A stretch of 64,000 nt of DNA, taken from positions 37,202,001 to 37,266,000 of the forward strand of contig NC_086109.1 of the NCBI RefSeq assembly GCF_963921235.1, in the 5' to 3' direction. Positions within the stretch are counted from its first letter, which is position 1; each line of letters opens with the position of its first letter. Both the position numbers and the translations under genes were made by a program. The notes beneath the pieces are model-generated. The model was given only the letters and a program-made list of their open reading frames with translations. It was not told the DNA's origin and did no database searches. This DNA is from Mobula hypostoma. Lineage: Eukaryota. Of this stretch, positions 60,626 to 64,000 are shown one piece after another.

Positions 60626-61882
60626 CAAACACAAGAGATTCTGCCGATGCTGGAAATCCAAAGTGAAACACACACACAAAATGCGGGAGAAACTCAGCAT
60701 GTCAGGTAGCATCTATGGAAATGAATAAACAGCTGATGTTTCCGGCCGAGACCCTTCATCAGGACTGGAAGAAAAGATGAGAATTCAGAGCAAGAAGGTG
60801 GGAGGGGAGAGGGGAGGAAGAAAGACAAGGTGGTAGATGATAGGTGAAACCAGGAGAGAGGGAGGGGTGAAGTAAAGAGCTGGGAAGTTGATAGGTGAAA
60901 GTTCAAAGTAAAATTTATTATCAGAGTACATACTTGTTACCACATACAACCCTGAGATTATATTTCTGAGGGCACACTTAGCAAATCTGGAAGTTCGGGA
61001 AATTGATATTCATGCCATCAGGTTGGAGACTACCCAGACAGAATATAACGTGTTGCTTCTCCAACCTGAGTGTGGCCTCATAGTGACATTAGAGGAGGAC
61101 TTGGACTGACATGTCAGAGTGGGAATCAGAAGTAGAATTGAGATGGGTTGGTCCCCAAACAGTCCTTCCAGGTGAGGCGATGCTCACCTGTGAGTCTGTT
61201 GGGTTCATCTACTGTATCCAGTGCTCCAAGTGTGGCCTCCTGTATATCGTTGAGACCTGATATAACTTGGGAAAGCACTTTGCTGAGCACCTACCAGAAA
61301 AAGCAAGATCTCCCAGTGGCCACGCATTTCAATTCTACTTCCCATTGTCAGTGCCTGGCCTCCTTTGCTGCCACAATGAATCCATACTCAACTTGGAGAA
61401 CAACACCTTATATTCCATTTGGGTAGCCTTCAACCAGATGGCATGAATGTCAATTTCTCAAGCTTCTCTAATGCTCCCCCAACACTTCACCATTCTCCCA
61501 TTCCCATTTTCCTTTCTCATCTTACCTCCTTACCTGCCCATCATCTCCCTCCACTGCTCCTCTTTCCTTTTCTTCCATGGTCTTCTACCCTCTCCAATTA
61601 GATTCACCCTTCTCCGGTCCTTTATCTCTTCCACCTATCAACTTCTAGTTCTTTACTTCACCTCTCCCCTCCCCTGGTTTCATCTATCACTTACCTTCCC
61701 TTCCTTCCTTCCCTCTCCCCACCTTCTTGCTCTAACTTCTCATCTTTTTTTTCCAGTCTTGATGAAAGGTCTCAGCACAAAACTTCGACTCTACTTTTTT
61801 CCATAGATGCTGCCTGGTGTGCTAAGTTTCTCCAACATTTTGAGTGTGTTGCTTGGATTTCCAGCATCTGCAGATTATCTCG
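60626..61882. mobile_element. Penelope-like insertion with two outward-facing tails
   Basis: 12-bp TSD ACAGATCAATTT (60614-60625, 61883-61894); minus arm with hammerhead motif at 60730-60767; plus arm with GIY-YIG remnant KKQDLPVATHFNS. Confidence 0.88.
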
Positions 61883-62084
61883 ACAGATCAATTTTACTTT
61901 GCATCCTTCCTTGAGAATACATTGAGATTTTTTTTTTCTCTTTCCAGCCCTTAAGTGTGCAATTTGGAGAGACCTTTAAACTGGGGCTCTTCCCCCTACA
62001 CCAGGGGTTCCTACCCATTTTTATGCCATGGACTCCTAACGTCAACCTAGGGGTCTATGGACCCCAGATTAGGAAACCCTATGT

Positions 62085-63260
62085 GGTGACAACAGTAACA
62101 GTCCAGAAACAGTTGGTGTTTGTCTCTGTGCATGCTCCTGGAACACAGAACATGGTCTTCCACAGATAGTTGCAATGTGCTTTGAGAGAGAGAATTTTAT
62201 CTCTTTCTAAATTTTCTCAGAAAATGAGCTTTTCAAATATAGCTGGTTGACGATTTCCTCTCCAATGCAGCCATCTTGAGGGTAGAATGCTGCAGTGCTG
62301 AGTCGCAGATGTTCAGGAGTGATCTGATGAACCTTCTCACCACCAGCCAGACATGGTCGAGGTGCTTGCTTGAAGACTGTCATGATGAGACATCTATATA
62401 TAGTCTTGGCAGTCGAATCAGGAAACAATTCAATAGGATCCACAATCTCCTTTTACTGTAGAGCCTCTGGGACCTTTTGTGGGTGCCATTATGTGATTGA
62501 CTTAAGGTTAAGAGTGTTATTTTGCAGAATTTTTCTACAAGGTCCATGGGGGATGGCATAGTGGAGAGAAGGTAGGTTTTGTGGCAATATGGCCAGATCC
62601 AGCCCACACAAAGAGCGAGGACAATAGGATGTTGGCATGGAGTACTTGGCACTTGTGTGCCCTGGTTCTTTGCACAGCTTGATGCAGCCACACAGAAAAT
62701 GTATCCCCACCCCAACCCAACCTCACCTCCACTCCTACCCTTAGTCTAGTAATTTGTACATATGCTTTTAATGTCCAGATCATCTGGAGAATGGAGACAC
62801 AAGAGTCTAAGGGTGCTCGAACACAGAACAAAACAGAAAGATTCTGAAGGAACTGGAGAATGGATTGGATGGAAGCTATATTGCAGCAGCCAAGTTTGGC
62901 CCATTGCCATTTTGATTGCAGCTCGCTCCTGATGAACAGGTTCTTTCTCGCAATGGATAGAGATTGGCATTGGCACTCCTCCAGATTCTGTTTCACAATG
63001 GCAACATGCTTCACCAAGTACCTGGTACCTACCTGGTTCTTCACAACCATGTTACTGGCACCTGGAGCTGGATATCCCCTGAAGGATACAAAGGAATGCT
63101 TAGTTCAGTTGTCAAACAAAATCCTCACTTTTGCTGAGACAAGCCCAGCCCTAGAGACAAATTCAAACATATCACTGATGTACATCGACTTTCAGATCAA
63201 CAGTGGGTCCAACAAGAAGGTGCCAACATCATCTGTATGCAGGGAGGTTTTAACTTAGCA
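62085..63260 (-). mobile_element. Tx1-like LINE ORF2 remnant (RT end and C-terminal Cys region)
   Basis: VKTSLHTDDV (YxDD remnant), SLSIARKNLFIRSE, FLCGCIKLC, VEKFCK, DPIELFPDSTAKTI. Confidence 0.78.
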
Positions 63261-63727
63261 CTTTCATTGCCTGGATTGTAACATCTATTATCTCTGCTAC
63301 CTTCCTGGATTCTTCAGAACTCAAAAACAAACATAGGAGAAAGAGTAACCTTGCATAATTCCAGTTTCAATCATTTCCCACCCACTGATTAGAACTGTGT
63401 TACCAATATAGAGCAGCTATATTGCCTGGAGTCATTGAGAATCCAACATGTCCTGTTTCATTTCATGGTCTTAGGTGCAAGACACCACAATAGCCTCTTA
63501 AGATCCATTTTGCTCTAGTCATTAGTTACTGCAGAGAAAGCAATAGACACCAGATATTAATGTAATGGTTCAGTGCATCAAAACAGAGTGAATTCAACCA
63601 CTCTCCATGTATTCTTCCCTTCTGTCATCCTCTTTTAGTAAGTTATAAATGTTCATCCAAAGTTATATTTATCCCAGAAAATAGAATTTAGGGCTCTGTG
63701 TGTAGCATCTACTCTGTGTGGACAACA

Positions 63728-64000
63728 TGGAAGCATAGTAGTTAGCATAACACTGTGGGGCCAGTGATTGGCAGATCAGGGTTCAATACCCTTGGCACGA
63801 TGGTAATGTAGTGATTAGCATGACACTGCTATAGCTTGGGGTGTTCCAAAGCTCAGAGTTCAATTCCAGCCCCATTCTGTAAGGAATTGCTGTACATCTT
63901 CCCCGGGGGCTTCAGTTTTCTCCCACAGTTCAAACTAGGTATACCGGGTAGGTACTGGCCATTTTAACTTGTCCTGTGGTAAGGTTAGGGTTAACTGGGG
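63728..64000 (+). mobile_element. tRNA-derived HE1/V-SINE-like element with two heads, running off the window
   Basis: A/B-box-like heads (..tagttagca..gggttcaatacc; ..tagtgattagca..gagttcaattcc) and V-domain-like cagttttctcccacagt. Confidence 0.6.

Noticed and set aside
62002..62082. Tiny hAT/Charlie-like MITE (caggggttcc...ggaaaccct)
   Set aside because: Termini are imperfect and no 8-bp TSD is visible; too weak to call.
1..64000. CRISPR arrays, operons or prokaryotic defence systems
   Set aside because: No regularly spaced short repeats or gene-dense operon structure; the content is vertebrate transposon-derived.

Overview
Repeat-saturated vertebrate genomic DNA. The repeat complement (HE1/V-SINE-like SINE, CR1, Rex1/Babar, Tx1 and abundant Penelope-like elements) suggests a cartilaginous fish, probably a ray; this is an inference. 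No intact host gene is recognisable, and nearly all ORFs are transposon remnants or their antisense frames. Main structures: (1) an old ~11-12 kb tandem segmental duplication (about 2001-12453 and 14103-26340, with a third partial copy at about 45645-46945) sharing a ~550 bp core that I could not assign to any repeat family; (2) two PNMA-gag Gypsy LTR elements plus solo LTRs with target-site duplications (TSDs); (3) a 4.8 kb retrovirus-like LTR element (37637-42437, tRNA-Leu PBS) keeping gag and protease but with a 'mini-pol' from which the RT/RNase H and integrase catalytic cores are deleted at apparently in-frame joins, nested in a Tx1 LINE that also carries a hAT element; (4) many Penelope-like insertions, mostly in inverted configuration, carrying minimal hammerhead ribozyme motifs; (5) Tc1, Tigger/pogo, hAT and MITE DNA transposons. 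All family calls come from motif recognition by eye, not database searches, and coordinates of degenerate fragments are approximate.
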